Counted from the first letter of the stretch, positions 10,361 through 21,265 are shown. The stretch is DNA of 64,000 nucleotides from an uncultured bacterium (GCA_965660855.1 CBFIBM010000001.1:224001-288000); one strand, 5' to 3'. The notes: generated by a model not told the origin, from the letters alone. A program made the numbers and translations.

Positions 10361-11821
10361 ATGGGTTATTTATCAAAAATAAAATTTTCTAGTCAAAATT
10401 GGAATAATATAAAAGAAAAACTTATTTTTTCTGGTATATATGAAGATGGTTCTTTGACACCACTTAGCGAAAAAATAGATGTTGAATGTAAAAATATAAT
10501 TTCTATTCCATTAAAAAGTGGAAACATCAAAGGTTCTTTTGGAAAACATTATTCTTTTTACGTTGATGAAAAATTAGTTGTTTTAATTGGACTAGGTAAT
10601 AAAAAAGATTTTGATGTGAACAAAGTTAGAATTATCGCAGGAAAGGCTTCAAGATTATCTATAAAAGAAAAATTTGATTCCTTTGCGATAGAGTGCTTTA
10701 TTCCTGAAAATTTATCTTGTCAGTCCTTTGGAGAAGGGCTTGTACTTGGAAGTTATCAATATAAGGAACATAAATTAAATAAAGAGGATTATTTAAATAT
10801 AAAAACAGCTACAATTCTGGGCCCTGTTAAAACAAGTATTCAGAAAGGGTTCAATATTGCACAAGCTATTTGTTTATCCAGAGATTTAGGTAACCATCCT
10901 GCCAATGTAGCCACACCGTCAAGATTGGAAGCTGAAGCAAAAGAAATTTCTAAAAATGAAAATTTTAGCATAAAAGTATTTGAGAGAGAAGATTTTACAG
11001 AAATGGGTATGGGAGGACTTGCTGGAGTTGCACAAGGCACAGATGAACCACCTAAGTTTATCATTGTTGAATACTTTAATGGAAAGCCACATGAAAAGCC
11101 AAAAATAATTGTAGGGAAGGGATTAACATTTGATGCTGGTGGTATATCTATAAAACCGGCAAACAAAATGGATGAAATGAAGTATGATATGTGCGGTTCG
11201 GCTGTTGTTCTGGGAGTATTAAAAGCCATTTCTTTACTTAAACCTAATATCAATGTAGTTGGTATTATTCCATCTACGGAAAATTTGGTTGGAGCAAAAG
11301 CATATAAACCTGGAGACGTTTTAAAGGCTTATAATGGCAAGACAATAGAAGTCTTAAATACTGATGCAGAAGGAAGAATAATTCTTTCAGATGCATTATC
11401 TTACGCTTCAAAGCATTATGAACCTGAGTATATTATTGATTTTGCTACTCTTACAGGAGCTGTTCTTGTTGCCTTGGGACATATAGCTACAGGTATTCTT
11501 GGCACTGATAATATACTTATTGAAGCGGTTAAAAAATCATCAGTGGCCACAGGTGAAAAGGTCTGGGAACTTCCATTATGGCCTGAATTCTGTGAGCAAG
11601 TAAAAAGTGATATTGCTGACGTTAAAAATATGGGCTTACCAGGACAAGCCGGTACTATAGCTGGAGCTGCATTTTTAAAAGAATTTGTTGGAAAAGATAT
11701 TCCATGGGTGCATTTTGATATTGCTGGTACAGCGTGGGGAGTGAAACCGGATAGTCTAAACCCAAAAGGCAGTGCAACAGGTTGGGGGGTACGTCTAGTA
11801 TTGGATTTAATGAAAGTATAA
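10361..11821 (+). CDS. pepA: Leucyl aminopeptidase (M17)
   Basis: VGKGLTFDAGG, MKYDMCG, NTDAEGR, DFATLTGA. Confidence 0.93.
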   Translation: MGYLSKIKFSSQNWNNIKEKLIFSGIYEDGSLTPLSEKIDVECKNIISIPLKSGNIKGSFGKHYSFYVDEKLVVLIGLGNKKDFDVNKVRIIAGKASRLSIKEKFDSFAIECFIPENLSCQSFGEGLVLGSYQYKEHKLNKEDYLNIKTATILGPVKTSIQKGFNIAQAICLSRDLGNHPANVATPSRLEAEAKEISKNENFSIKVFEREDFTEMGMGGLAGVAQGTDEPPKFIIVEYFNGKPHEKPKIIVGKGLTFDAGGISIKPANKMDEMKYDMCGSAVVLGVLKAISLLKPNINVVGIIPSTENLVGAKAYKPGDVLKAYNGKTIEVLNTDAEGRIILSDALSYASKHYEPEYIIDFATLTGAVLVALGHIATGILGTDNILIEAVKKSSVATGEKVWELPLWPEFCEQVKSDIADVKNMGLPGQAGTIAGAAFLKEFVGKDIPWVHFDIAGTAWGVKPDSLNPKGSATGWGVRLVLDLMKV

Positions 11822-11995
11822 ATAAATAATTCTTAAATTTTTTTCCCATTAACTTTAAACCATATAAACACACAGGTCGTAAATAGAAAAATATAGAATA
11901 AAAGAAAGTTTTTAGTAAGTGTTCCATTAAAAAATTTAAATAATACCAAAGTGATTAGACTGAGCTCTGCAAATAATAGTTGCTTTTTCAGCAAT

Positions 11996-12103
11996 TTAGT
12001 CCGTAAATAATTTAAGCAAGACCATACCCAGTAATATCATTATAGCTAAGTTTATGATCAATCCTACCCAATTAATGATTTTATCTTTATTTTTTTTGTT
12101 CAT
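11996..12103 (-). CDS. Putative 35-aa single-TM small protein
   Basis: ATG overlaps the TGA of the upstream glycosyltransferase (ATGA); MNKKNKDKIINWVGLIINLAIMILLGMVLLKLFTD. Confidence 0.45.
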   Translation of the reverse strand: MNKKNKDKIINWVGLIINLAIMILLGMVLLKLFTD

Positions 12104-13203
12104 TTAATAGATATATTTCTAAATACTTTATCATACGCAGACACTATTTTTGGCCATTTAAATTCTTTCGCAATATGGCGAAGATTCATTTTAACTAACA
12201 TTTTGTGATTTTTCATTGCAAAAATAATTTTATTATAAAGATCATCTTCATTTTCGTAGAGATTATTCTTGTGAAATTTTTTTGGTATCAGTTCAGGATA
12301 AGTAAGATTTTTTGGTAAAATAGGCCAGGTTTTACAGTAAATCGCTTCCATTACACTTATACCAAAAAATTCTTGTTTGGATGTAACTGGAATTATATCT
12401 GCTTTCCAGAGGTGTTTTGCATATTGATCTAGAGATTCTAAATATCCCCAATGAATAATTTCATTCTTAAAAATAATTTTAGCTTTTTTAAAAATTTCAG
12501 GCTCAATTGAAAACTTTTTCCCTAAAACTATTAAATTAAATTTAAATCCATCTTGTTTAACTTTTTTTAATATCTTAAAAAATCTTTCAGGGTTTTTATC
12601 ATATTCCCATCTATGATTCCATAATATTGTAGGGATTTGGTTGCTAGATTTTTTTTGGATGTCTAGGATTTCTAGGTCTAATCCAATATGTAAAACTCTT
12701 GATTTTTTCCGTAAAATTTGGATTGAATTAGTTTCATTATGATCTGGAAAGTTTTTTAGAAATGGTTTTAAATCTTTATAAAAACTTTCCATATGAAATT
12801 TTGAGTTAAAAAAAATATTGTCTGCAGCCATAGCAGAAGAAAAATTAATAAAACCATAGTGAGAATCTCTATTTTTCTTTACATCACGATCGTTAGGAGA
12901 CCAAGGGTATGAAATTTGATTTTCATGAAAATAAATAGAGGTAGGAGTATGACTGGTTTTCTTCCTCGTTAGTGCAAGGAATGTCGTTAAGTCAAGCATG
13001 TCTGAGACAATAATTATATCAATGCTCCAATTTAAGTTATTAAACCTTCTTGCAAGAGTTATCGCACCACCATGCATTCTCCATTTCCAAAATTGACCTT
13101 TAAGAGAAAGAATTTTTATTTTATGATTGCTATATTTTTTATAACCATTAATCCATTGTTTATGGGACCCAGTGTAGTATGGCTCAATTATTAAGATATT
13201 CAT
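12100..13203 (-). CDS. DUF3524-domain GT-B glycosyltransferase (GTDC1/QTMAN-like)
   Basis: EPYYTGSHKQW, WKWRM, YFHENQISYP, WNHRWEYDKNP, EFFGISVMEA. Confidence 0.8.
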   Translation of the reverse strand: MNILIIEPYYTGSHKQWINGYKKYSNHKIKILSLKGQFWKWRMHGGAITLARRFNNLNWSIDIIIVSDMLDLTTFLALTRKKTSHTPTSIYFHENQISYPWSPNDRDVKKNRDSHYGFINFSSAMAADNIFFNSKFHMESFYKDLKPFLKNFPDHNETNSIQILRKKSRVLHIGLDLEILDIQKKSSNQIPTILWNHRWEYDKNPERFFKILKKVKQDGFKFNLIVLGKKFSIEPEIFKKAKIIFKNEIIHWGYLESLDQYAKHLWKADIIPVTSKQEFFGISVMEAIYCKTWPILPKNLTYPELIPKKFHKNNLYENEDDLYNKIIFAMKNHKMLVKMNLRHIAKEFKWPKIVSAYDKVFRNISIK

Positions 13204-13328
13204 GATAATATTTTATAAATTTAAAAATAATCGTATGAATTTTTTAAAAACTTATTCGGGCATGATTAATTACGGAATAATCTTGGTATACGATCTAGCA
13301 TTCTTGTATTTTTAGGTTATATATTTAA

Positions 13329-13775
13329 ATGAAAAATACTGTCATTGCTAACAATAAGAAAGCATTCCATGAATATCATATCCTTGAAATTTTTGAGGCT
13401 GGAATTCAGCTCAAAGGAAGTGAGGTTAAAAGTATTCGAGAGGGGAAGGCAAGTCTAAAAGAATCATATGTCTTAATAAGAAAAGGTGAAGCGTGGTTAA
13501 GAGGTGCCCATATTTCAAGTTATAGTCATACCGGTTTTGAAGGGCATAAATCAGTTAGAAATAGGAAACTATTACTTCATAAAAAAGAAATTATAAAAAT
13601 CAATTCTAAATTAGCAGAGAAAGGTCTTACTGCAGTTCCAATAAAATTGTATTTAAAAAATGGACTTGTAAAGCTTGAATTTGGATTAGCAAAAGGGAAA
13701 AAACTTTTTGATAAACGTGAAACCAAAAAGAAAAGAGATATAGAAAGAGATATTCAAAGGGCATTGAAACAATAA
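13329..13775 (+). CDS. smpB: SsrA-binding protein
   Basis: NKKAFHEY, EAGIQLKGSEVKS, RKLLLHK, GKKLFDKR. Confidence 0.96.
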   Translation: MKNTVIANNKKAFHEYHILEIFEAGIQLKGSEVKSIREGKASLKESYVLIRKGEAWLRGAHISSYSHTGFEGHKSVRNRKLLLHKKEIIKINSKLAEKGLTAVPIKLYLKNGLVKLEFGLAKGKKLFDKRETKKKRDIERDIQRALKQ

Positions 13776-14983
13776 TGGAATTTTTACCAGTAAAGGAACA
13801 ACTAAAACTTATAAAAAGAGGGGTTGAAGAAATCCTACCCGAAGATAACCTAGTTAAAAAACTAGAAGAATCTTATAAAAATAAAAAACCTTTAATTATC
13901 AAACTAGGATGCGATCCCAGCAGGCCAGATTTACATATTGGTCATGGTGTTGTTTTGCGAAAACTAAGGCATTTTCAAGATCTAGGGCATCAAGCTGTAT
14001 TAGTGATAGGTGATTTTACGGCAATGATAGGCGATCCGTCTGGAAGAAATAAGACAAGACCTCAATTAACATTAGATGAAGCTAAAGAAAACGCTAAAAG
14101 TTATGTTGACCAATCTAAAGTAATTCTTGACATAGAAAAAGTTAAGATTGTATATAACTCTAATTGGTTAAATAAAATGAATTTTAATGATGTAGTTAAA
14201 CTTGCAAGTTCTTACACTGTTGCAAGAATGCTTGAAAGAGATGACTTTACAAAAAGGTTTAAAGAGGAAATTCCGATCTCAATACATGAATTTCTATATC
14301 CTCTTGCCCAAGGGACAGATTCTGTAGTATTAAAATCAGATGTTGAATTAGGTGGAACAGATCAAAAATTTAATTTATTAGTTGGAAGAGACCTGCAAAA
14401 GGTAAATGGTCAATCACCTCAATGTATAATTACAACACCACTTCTTGAAGGAACTGATGGAACTGAAAAGATGTCAAAATCATATGGAAATGATATAGGA
14501 CTACTTGATAAACCTGAGGATATGTTTGGAAAAACACTATCTATTTCAGATAATATGATACTAAAATGGTTTGTTTTAGCTGCTGATGCTAATTCAGAAA
14601 CTTTAAAAAATGCAAAAAAATACCTAGAAGATAAATCTAAAAACCCTATGGTGATTAAAAGAAAATTGGCTAGGAAACTTGTAACTCTATTTTATAATGA
14701 AAATAAAGCAAAAAAAGCTGAAGCACACTTTGATAATGTTGTTGTTGGAAAAGGTATTCCAAAGGATATTCAAGAACTTCAAATTGAGACTGAAGAAATG
14801 CTTGTTAATGTAATTTTTAAGGCAGGATTATTGAAAAGTAAAGGTGAAGTAAGGCGAATGATTAAACAAAACGCTGTTAAAATTAATAATGAGTTAATTA
14901 CAAATATCAATGAGACAGTAATGCCTAGAAAGGAATATATTATAAAAGTTGGCAAAAGAAGGTTTTTAAGGATTACCGGTTGA
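13775..14983 (+). CDS. tyrS: Tyrosine--tRNA ligase
   Basis: HIGH, GDPSG, GGTDQ, KMSKS, C-terminal S4-like domain. Confidence 0.96.
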   Translation: MEFLPVKEQLKLIKRGVEEILPEDNLVKKLEESYKNKKPLIIKLGCDPSRPDLHIGHGVVLRKLRHFQDLGHQAVLVIGDFTAMIGDPSGRNKTRPQLTLDEAKENAKSYVDQSKVILDIEKVKIVYNSNWLNKMNFNDVVKLASSYTVARMLERDDFTKRFKEEIPISIHEFLYPLAQGTDSVVLKSDVELGGTDQKFNLLVGRDLQKVNGQSPQCIITTPLLEGTDGTEKMSKSYGNDIGLLDKPEDMFGKTLSISDNMILKWFVLAADANSETLKNAKKYLEDKSKNPMVIKRKLARKLVTLFYNENKAKKAEAHFDNVVVGKGIPKDIQELQIETEEMLVNVIFKAGLLKSKGEVRRMIKQNAVKINNELITNINETVMPRKEYIIKVGKRRFLRITG

Positions 14984-16590
14984 TTAAATATTTTTCAATT
15001 TTACTTTTTTCTTTTCTTATATCTTATTGCTCTGATCGTAAAGAAAACTCTCCTAAACTTGTAATTACAATTGTTGTTGATCAAATGAGACCTGATCTTC
15101 TTTCAAGATTTGAAAATATATATGATGGTGGATTTAAATGGCTTATTAATCATGGTAAATGGTATACAAACACACATCATGAGCACAGTTATACTGCAAC
15201 TGGTCCAGGGCATAGTGCAATCGGTTTTGGCCAGTACCCAGGTAAAATAGGAGTTCTTGGTAATAGTTTTTACGATAGAAAATTAAAGAAAAAAGTTAAT
15301 TGTGTTGAGGATCCTGATGCTAGAATTATTGGAGCTGAACAAGGATTAGCTAGGTCTTTTTCAAGGTATAATACTTTCGGACTTGGTGATTGGGTTCAAG
15401 ATAAATTTCCAGGTTCTAAGGTCATATCAATAGGCGGAAAAGATAGAGCTGCGTGTATTCTAGGGGGGAAAAACCCGACATTACCATTATATTACAATAA
15501 GGCAGGTCGGTTCATAACATCTAGCTATTATATGGATTCTTTACCTAAATGGGTTAAAAATTTTAATGATAGTTTAAACTTACACAAATATAAAGATTCC
15601 ACTTGGTCAAAATCACTTGAGGAAAATTTATATATTAATTATTCAAGAAAAGATTTTTTTTATGGCGAAAGTGATAACTTTCAAAGTAAACTATATTCAC
15701 CTGTTTTCCCAATTGGTCTAGATACTAATGATGATGTAACGTCTTCTATAATGGGTTTTCCTTGGTTTGAAAGGGAATTAATAGGCTTGGCTGAAAAGGC
15801 GATTATACATGAAAAATTAGGTCAAAAAGGCAAACCCGATTTATTATTTGTCGGACTTTCTGCAATGGACTGGATTATACATGATTACGGACCTTTTTCT
15901 CAAGAGGTTATGGATGCTTTTATAAAAGTTGATCAATACTTAATGAATTTTATAGATAATGTTGATTCGTTAGTAGGACTTGAAAATGTTTTATTTGTAT
16001 TGACTGCTGATCATGGTGGACTACCACTACCAGAATATCTGATCGAAAATGGAGGTGATGGAGGTAGAATTAATGGAGATCACTTAAAAGAGGCTTTAGA
16101 ATGGATTGATCATGAATCTGAAGAACTATACGGAAAAAATTTATATAATCGGAGTGGTTCAGATTTTTATTTGAATTATAAAAATGTCAAAAATAATAAT
16201 GTAGATACCTCTGACCTATTTAAGATAATTGAAAAATATTTATTGAAAGTTGATGGAATAGGTAGAGTTATCAGTAAGTACAATATTTTGAAAAATCAAA
16301 ATAATGACGATAAAATTGATAATAGAATAAAAAATATGATTCACCCTGAAAATAGTCCTGATTTTTTTGTAATTTTAAAAAGAGGTTATCTTTATAGATC
16401 TCCATATGGAACATCCCATGGCACACCATACGATTATGATACACATGTACCATTAATTTTTTCACAAATACAATTTAAAAAAGAAATAAATGATTCTAAG
16501 AGAGAGACCGTAGATATAGCGCCATCAATCGCTAATTACCTTGGTGTAGATATTCCAAGTTACTGTGATGGGAAACCAATAAAATTATAA
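14980..16590 (+). CDS. Alkaline phosphatase superfamily protein (PafA-like), probable lipoprotein
   Basis: VVDQMR, TATGPGH, KDRAA, TADHG, HGTPYDYDTHVPL. Confidence 0.85.
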   Translation: MIKYFSILLFSFLISYCSDRKENSPKLVITIVVDQMRPDLLSRFENIYDGGFKWLINHGKWYTNTHHEHSYTATGPGHSAIGFGQYPGKIGVLGNSFYDRKLKKKVNCVEDPDARIIGAEQGLARSFSRYNTFGLGDWVQDKFPGSKVISIGGKDRAACILGGKNPTLPLYYNKAGRFITSSYYMDSLPKWVKNFNDSLNLHKYKDSTWSKSLEENLYINYSRKDFFYGESDNFQSKLYSPVFPIGLDTNDDVTSSIMGFPWFERELIGLAEKAIIHEKLGQKGKPDLLFVGLSAMDWIIHDYGPFSQEVMDAFIKVDQYLMNFIDNVDSLVGLENVLFVLTADHGGLPLPEYLIENGGDGGRINGDHLKEALEWIDHESEELYGKNLYNRSGSDFYLNYKNVKNNNVDTSDLFKIIEKYLLKVDGIGRVISKYNILKNQNNDDKIDNRIKNMIHPENSPDFFVILKRGYLYRSPYGTSHGTPYDYDTHVPLIFSQIQFKKEINDSKRETVDIAPSIANYLGVDIPSYCDGKPIKL

Positions 16591-16593
16591 TTT

Positions 16594-17481
16594 ATGTTAT
16601 CACTGAAAAATTTAAATAAACAGTATGAAAATGTAAGCGCTGTAAAAAATATCTCTTTTGAAGTGAATAAAGGAGAAATATACGGCTTTTTAGGACCAAA
16701 TGGCGCTGGAAAGACTACAACCATAAGAATGATAATGGGAATCATTCATCCTGACTCAGGTTCCATTGAACTTGATGGGGAAAACATTAATTTAAATAGA
16801 AGAAAAAAATTAGGATACCTTCCAGAAGATAGAGGTCTGTATCAAAAACAAAAATTAGCAGAAACAATTAATTATTTTGGCCTATTAAAAGGTCTCGAAC
16901 TAAGTATTTCAAAAATGAATACTAATTTATGGTTGAAAAGGTTTAATCTTTTAGAGCAAAGTGAAAGAAAAATTGAAGAGCTTTCAAAAGGTAATCAACA
17001 GAAAATTCAATTTATTCTTGCTCTTTTACATAATCCAGATCTTCTAATCTTAGATGAACCTTTTACAGGCCTTGACCCTTTAAATCAATTGCTTCTTAAA
17101 GAGATTATTGAAGAGAAGGCTAATGAAGGGAAAACGATCGTTTTTTCTACACATCAAATGGAGCAAGTAGAACGCTTATGTTCTAATATTTGTTTAATTA
17201 ATAATGGAGAGATTCTTATTGAAGGAGATCTTAAAAAAATCAGAAATTCAAAAAAAACAAATTTAGTTGAAGTTGTTTTTTCTGGTAACTTAAAAGGCTT
17301 TAATTTGGGTAACTATTTAAATGACTATGAAATTAGAGAAAATAAAATTTCAGGGTTACTTAGAGTTGACTCAAAAGAGTTCATAAGCTCCATAAATGAT
17401 TATATTGAGATTACTTCCTTTAAATTAAAGCTACCTACTTTAGAACAAATTTTCATTCAGGAAGTCAGGCCTTCATTATGA
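16594..17481 (+). CDS. ABC-2 transporter ATP-binding subunit (NatA/YhaQ-like)
   Basis: GPNGAGKT, LSKGNQQK, LDEPFTGLDP. Confidence 0.9.
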   Translation: MLSLKNLNKQYENVSAVKNISFEVNKGEIYGFLGPNGAGKTTTIRMIMGIIHPDSGSIELDGENINLNRRKKLGYLPEDRGLYQKQKLAETINYFGLLKGLELSISKMNTNLWLKRFNLLEQSERKIEELSKGNQQKIQFILALLHNPDLLILDEPFTGLDPLNQLLLKEIIEEKANEGKTIVFSTHQMEQVERLCSNICLINNGEILIEGDLKKIRNSKKTNLVEVVFSGNLKGFNLGNYLNDYEIRENKISGLLRVDSKEFISSINDYIEITSFKLKLPTLEQIFIQEVRPSL

Positions 17482-18704
17482 ATCAAGTATGGAAAATTGT
17501 AAAATGGGAATTCACCAATAGGATAAAAACTAAATTATTTATTATTACTACTTTTGTTTTACCCATTTTCATGTATGGTATTATGTATTTACCATCAATA
17601 TTAATGGACTTAGAACCTGAAGAAGAGAGAACAATAGGTCTTATTTTTTCTGAAAACAATAAACCTCTTATTGAAAGGTTTAAGAATCAAGCACTATCAA
17701 CATTCAGGACACAAAATGGAGATTCACAATATAAATTTATTAGATTTTCCAGTAATGATGTTGCTTTAGAAAGTATTTTATCAAAAACTATTGAAGGTTT
17801 TATTTTTATACCAGAAAACATATTGGGCTCTGAAGAAATTCGATATTACAGTAAATCATTAAGTGATATAAAAATATATTCGAATCTAAGAAGTGTGCTA
17901 AACAAGGTTGTTATTGAGCAAAGAATGATCAACCAAGAGATTGATGTGTCGATAGTTAGTCAATTGAGTGAAAGAATACAATTTAATACATATGAAATTA
18001 ATGATTTTGGTGAAGCTGCAGAAAGTGATGGTTTTTCAAGCTTTGTTATTCCGTATTTGTTCCTAATGATATTGTTTATGACTGTTTTTATGAGTGGACA
18101 ACTTTTATTGCGATCAGTAATGGAAGAGAGAACCAGTAGGACTATTGAAATACTATTATCATCGGTTACTCCTAAGGAACTTATGAGTGGTAAAATATTA
18201 GGTCTTGGAGCATTAGGTTTAGCTCAAATAATTTTCTACCTTATTGCCGCTTTAAGTATTACTTATTATAAAAATTTAGCAGTTATAGAGCTAAGCCAGA
18301 TTCCATTTTTTTTAATCTATTTTATATCAGGTTATTTATTTTATGCATCAATATTTGCAGCAATGGGAACATTTTTTTCTTCAGAACAAGAGGCTCAGCA
18401 GTCAAGTGGTATAATAAGTTTGATTGCTATAATACCCATTGCTTTTGCATCCTATTTTATAACAAACCCAAGTTCCTCTTTTACAATTGGAACAACATAT
18501 TTTCCGCCGCTTACTCCTTTTATGATGATAATAAGATTAGGTACAGATACTGTGGGTATAGGTGAAATTTTTTATACAACCATTTTAATGATCATTTCAT
18601 GTTGGATAATGTTAATAGTTTCTGGAAGAGTTTTTCAAACAGCAATTTTGCTTTATGGTAAAAAAGTAACATTGAAAGAAGTAATAAAGTGGATTAGAAT
18701 TTGA
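17478..18704 (+). CDS. ABC-2 transporter permease (NatB/YhaP-like)
   Basis: EERTSRTIEILLSS, GKILG; TM helices; coupled to the ATPase gene. Confidence 0.88.
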   Translation: MNQVWKIVKWEFTNRIKTKLFIITTFVLPIFMYGIMYLPSILMDLEPEEERTIGLIFSENNKPLIERFKNQALSTFRTQNGDSQYKFIRFSSNDVALESILSKTIEGFIFIPENILGSEEIRYYSKSLSDIKIYSNLRSVLNKVVIEQRMINQEIDVSIVSQLSERIQFNTYEINDFGEAAESDGFSSFVIPYLFLMILFMTVFMSGQLLLRSVMEERTSRTIEILLSSVTPKELMSGKILGLGALGLAQIIFYLIAALSITYYKNLAVIELSQIPFFLIYFISGYLFYASIFAAMGTFFSSEQEAQQSSGIISLIAIIPIAFASYFITNPSSSFTIGTTYFPPLTPFMMIIRLGTDTVGIGEIFYTTILMIISCWIMLIVSGRVFQTAILLYGKKVTLKEVIKWIRI

Positions 18705-18744
18705 AACTTTTAATTATAATAAATAGCAAACTAAAATAAAATAA

Positions 18745-19779
18745 ATGACAGGATTAATTTTATATTTTCTCATTGCTTTAGTGGTTTCTTTTTTATGTTC
18801 TTTACTTGAAGCTGTTCTTCTAAGTATATCAATAGCTCAGGTATCTGTTATGGAGAAAGAAGGACATAAATCAGGGCTGTTTATGGTCGAATTAAAAAAT
18901 AACATTAATCGTCCATTAGCTGCAATCCTTACAATCAACACCATAGCCAATACTATTGGTGCAGTAGGTGTTGGAGCAAAGACTCAACTTATTTACGGAA
19001 ATGAATGGGTTACAATAGCTTCAGGTGCACTAACATTTTCAATATTAATTTTTTCTGAAATTATTCCTAAAACTGTTGGATCTGTTTATAATAAATCCCT
19101 TGCCGGCTTTGCTGCAGTTTCTATCAAAGTTTTAATGGTAATTGCTTGGCCTTTTGTAATTTTATCAGAAACTATTTCTAAATATATTCATAACGGTGAA
19201 AATAATACTACCTCCAAAGCCTCTAGAGAGGAACTTCTTGCATTGGCAGAGATTAGTGAAGATGAAGGGTCGATTGATGAACAAGAGGGAGATATAATTG
19301 AAAACCTTATGAAGCTCGATGATATGAAGGTAGAAGAAATTATGACTCCTCGCTCTGTAATGTTTTCTCTACAAGAAGAAGAAACAGTTGGAAGTGTTAT
19401 TGAAAAACACTCACCGATAGCATTTTCCAGAATACCAGTTTATCGTAAAGATTTTGATGATATTACAGGTATTGTAAATAGGTATACATTAGTTGATAAA
19501 CAAGCTCAAGATGAGTATCAAGTTAAAATGAATCATATGATGAAAAGTATTTTATCTATTGATGAGACAACTTCTGTTTCAGATGCGCTAGATATGTTTG
19601 TTAAAAGGAGGCAACAGATGTTTATCGTTAAAGATGAATTTGGTACAACGACTGGTCTCATTACTTTAGAGGATGCAATTGAAACTTTATTAGGAGTGGA
19701 AATTGTCGATGAACATGATAATGTAGTTGATATGAGAAAGTTCGCAAAAGCAAAACTAAAACAAAAAAATAAAACCTGA
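18745..19779 (+). CDS. CNNM/CBS domain protein (HlyC/CorC family)
   Basis: SFLCSLLEAVLLS, SEIIPK, MTPR, FSRIPV, TLEDAIETLLG. Confidence 0.88.
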   Translation: MTGLILYFLIALVVSFLCSLLEAVLLSISIAQVSVMEKEGHKSGLFMVELKNNINRPLAAILTINTIANTIGAVGVGAKTQLIYGNEWVTIASGALTFSILIFSEIIPKTVGSVYNKSLAGFAAVSIKVLMVIAWPFVILSETISKYIHNGENNTTSKASREELLALAEISEDEGSIDEQEGDIIENLMKLDDMKVEEIMTPRSVMFSLQEEETVGSVIEKHSPIAFSRIPVYRKDFDDITGIVNRYTLVDKQAQDEYQVKMNHMMKSILSIDETTSVSDALDMFVKRRQQMFIVKDEFGTTTGLITLEDAIETLLGVEIVDEHDNVVDMRKFAKAKLKQKNKT

Positions 19780-19850
19780 TAATATTGTATTGAGTTTACG
19801 TCGTTTGATCAATAAATTTGCCGGCTAATCTTTGGGAGAATTAAAATAAA

Positions 19851-20201
19851 ATGGCAAAAAAACAAAAAAGTTTTGCAGATAAAGCATCTGGAAATAAAAA
19901 TGCAGATTCGGTTTACGTAAAGTATGTTAAAAGTGTCAAGTCTGAAAAAAGTGGGCAATGGAGGTTCAATGAGCAAATAGTTCGGACCTCAAAAGGTGAA
20001 CAATTGGATGCAGCATTGAAAAGAATGGATGAGGTGGCTAATCTAATAGATATAGATTTAAGTCAATTCTCTGGAAATGAAGCACCGAAAGAAGAAACTC
20101 AGAAAGAAGAAACTCCGAAAGAAGAAACTCCGAAAGAAGTAGCACCGAAAGAAGAAGCACCAAAAGAAGAAACTCCGAAAGAAGAAGCACCGAAAGATTA
20201 A
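19851..20201 (+). CDS. DUF4295-like small protein with acidic PKEE tail
   Basis: MAKK... and VKSVKSEKSGQWRF resemble Bacteroidota DUF4295; GGAG RBS upstream. Confidence 0.55.
   Translation: MAKKQKSFADKASGNKNADSVYVKYVKSVKSEKSGQWRFNEQIVRTSKGEQLDAALKRMDEVANLIDIDLSQFSGNEAPKEETQKEETPKEETPKEVAPKEEAPKEETPKEEAPKD
20079..20198 (+). repeat. Coding tandem repeat, 8 x 15 nt (E[A/T]PKE)
   Basis: Units such as gaagcaccgaaagaa and gaaactccgaaagaa read directly. Confidence 0.9.
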
Positions 20202-20242
20202 ACGATTTTATTTTATAAAAATTGAAGTTTTAATTCTACTTT

Positions 20243-20330
20243 GGAGAGGTGGCCGAGTGGCTGAAGGCGCACGCTTGGAAAGCGTGTTTACGTTAATAGC
20301 GTAACGTGGGTTCGAATCCCACTCTCTCCG
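20243..20330 (+). tRNA. tRNA-Ser(GGA)
   Basis: GGAGAGG/CTCTCC acceptor, anticodon arm CACGC-TTGGAAA-GCGTG, long variable arm, GTTCGAATC; CCA not encoded. Confidence 0.95.
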
Positions 20331-20395
20331 CAATCTCAATTTTATTTATTAAAAAACCCTGTTAATAAAATTAGATTTTAAATATTTTACTTCTG

Positions 20396-21265
20396 ATGGG
20401 TTATGTATATATCATTTTTAGTGCACTTTCATTCTGTTTCATGACAATATTTGTTAAAATTGCAGGGCATGAAGTAAATACTTTACAAATTGTTTTTTTT
20501 AGAGGTCTTTTCACTTTATGTGTTACTTATTATTTCATTTATAAAAATAAAATTTATATTTGGGGAAATAATAAAAAAAAACTAATTAGTAGAGGATTAA
20601 GTGGAACGTTTGCTCTTTTTTTTGTTTACGAATCAATTCAAAGGATAACCCTTTCAGAAGCCACAGTAATTCAATATTTGTATCCAATTTTTACGATTAT
20701 ATTAGCTGCGATATTTTTGGGAGAAGAGTCTACAAAAAAAAATTATCTTGCAATATTTATCGGATTATTTGGAGTATATATCGTATTAGATTTTCCTTTT
20801 TTAAATAGTAATATTTCATTTAATTATAATAATGTCTTGATAGCTTTAATTGGATCTGTTCTAACTGCCCTAGCGTATGTACTTGTAAGGTCATGTTCAA
20901 ATGATGATGAATCACCTTATGTTATAATGTTTTATTTTCCATTGTTTACTGTTCCGTTAAGTTTACCATTTACAATTATAAATTGGTCGAACCCAAGTTT
21001 AAATACCTGGTTTTATATTTTTATGGTAGGTTTATGTACTCAGCTTGGACAGACTTTTTTAACGTTTGGATATAAATTAATACCAGCGAGTAAAGCCGCA
21101 ACAGCTAGTTATGTTCAAGTGCCATTTGCTGCTTTGGGAGGTTTTATGTTCTTCAATGAAGAGATCTCGATAAATTTTTTAGCAGGATCATTAATAATTT
21201 TTGTTGCAGTTTCTCTTATCATTGACAAAAAAAAGAAAAAGAAAAATAAAGTTTTTACGCCTTAA
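20396..21265 (+). CDS. DMT/EamA family transporter
   Basis: About 10 TM, QIVFFRG, two EamA repeats. Confidence 0.85.
   Translation: MGYVYIIFSALSFCFMTIFVKIAGHEVNTLQIVFFRGLFTLCVTYYFIYKNKIYIWGNNKKKLISRGLSGTFALFFVYESIQRITLSEATVIQYLYPIFTIILAAIFLGEESTKKNYLAIFIGLFGVYIVLDFPFLNSNISFNYNNVLIALIGSVLTALAYVLVRSCSNDDESPYVIMFYFPLFTVPLSLPFTIINWSNPSLNTWFYIFMVGLCTQLGQTFLTFGYKLIPASKAATASYVQVPFAALGGFMFFNEEISINFLAGSLIIFVAVSLIIDKKKKKKNKVFTP

Noticed and set aside
20079..20198. Repeat array as CRISPR
   Set aside because: In-frame 15-nt coding repeat with no spacers; the same applies to 48750-48899. No cas genes seen.
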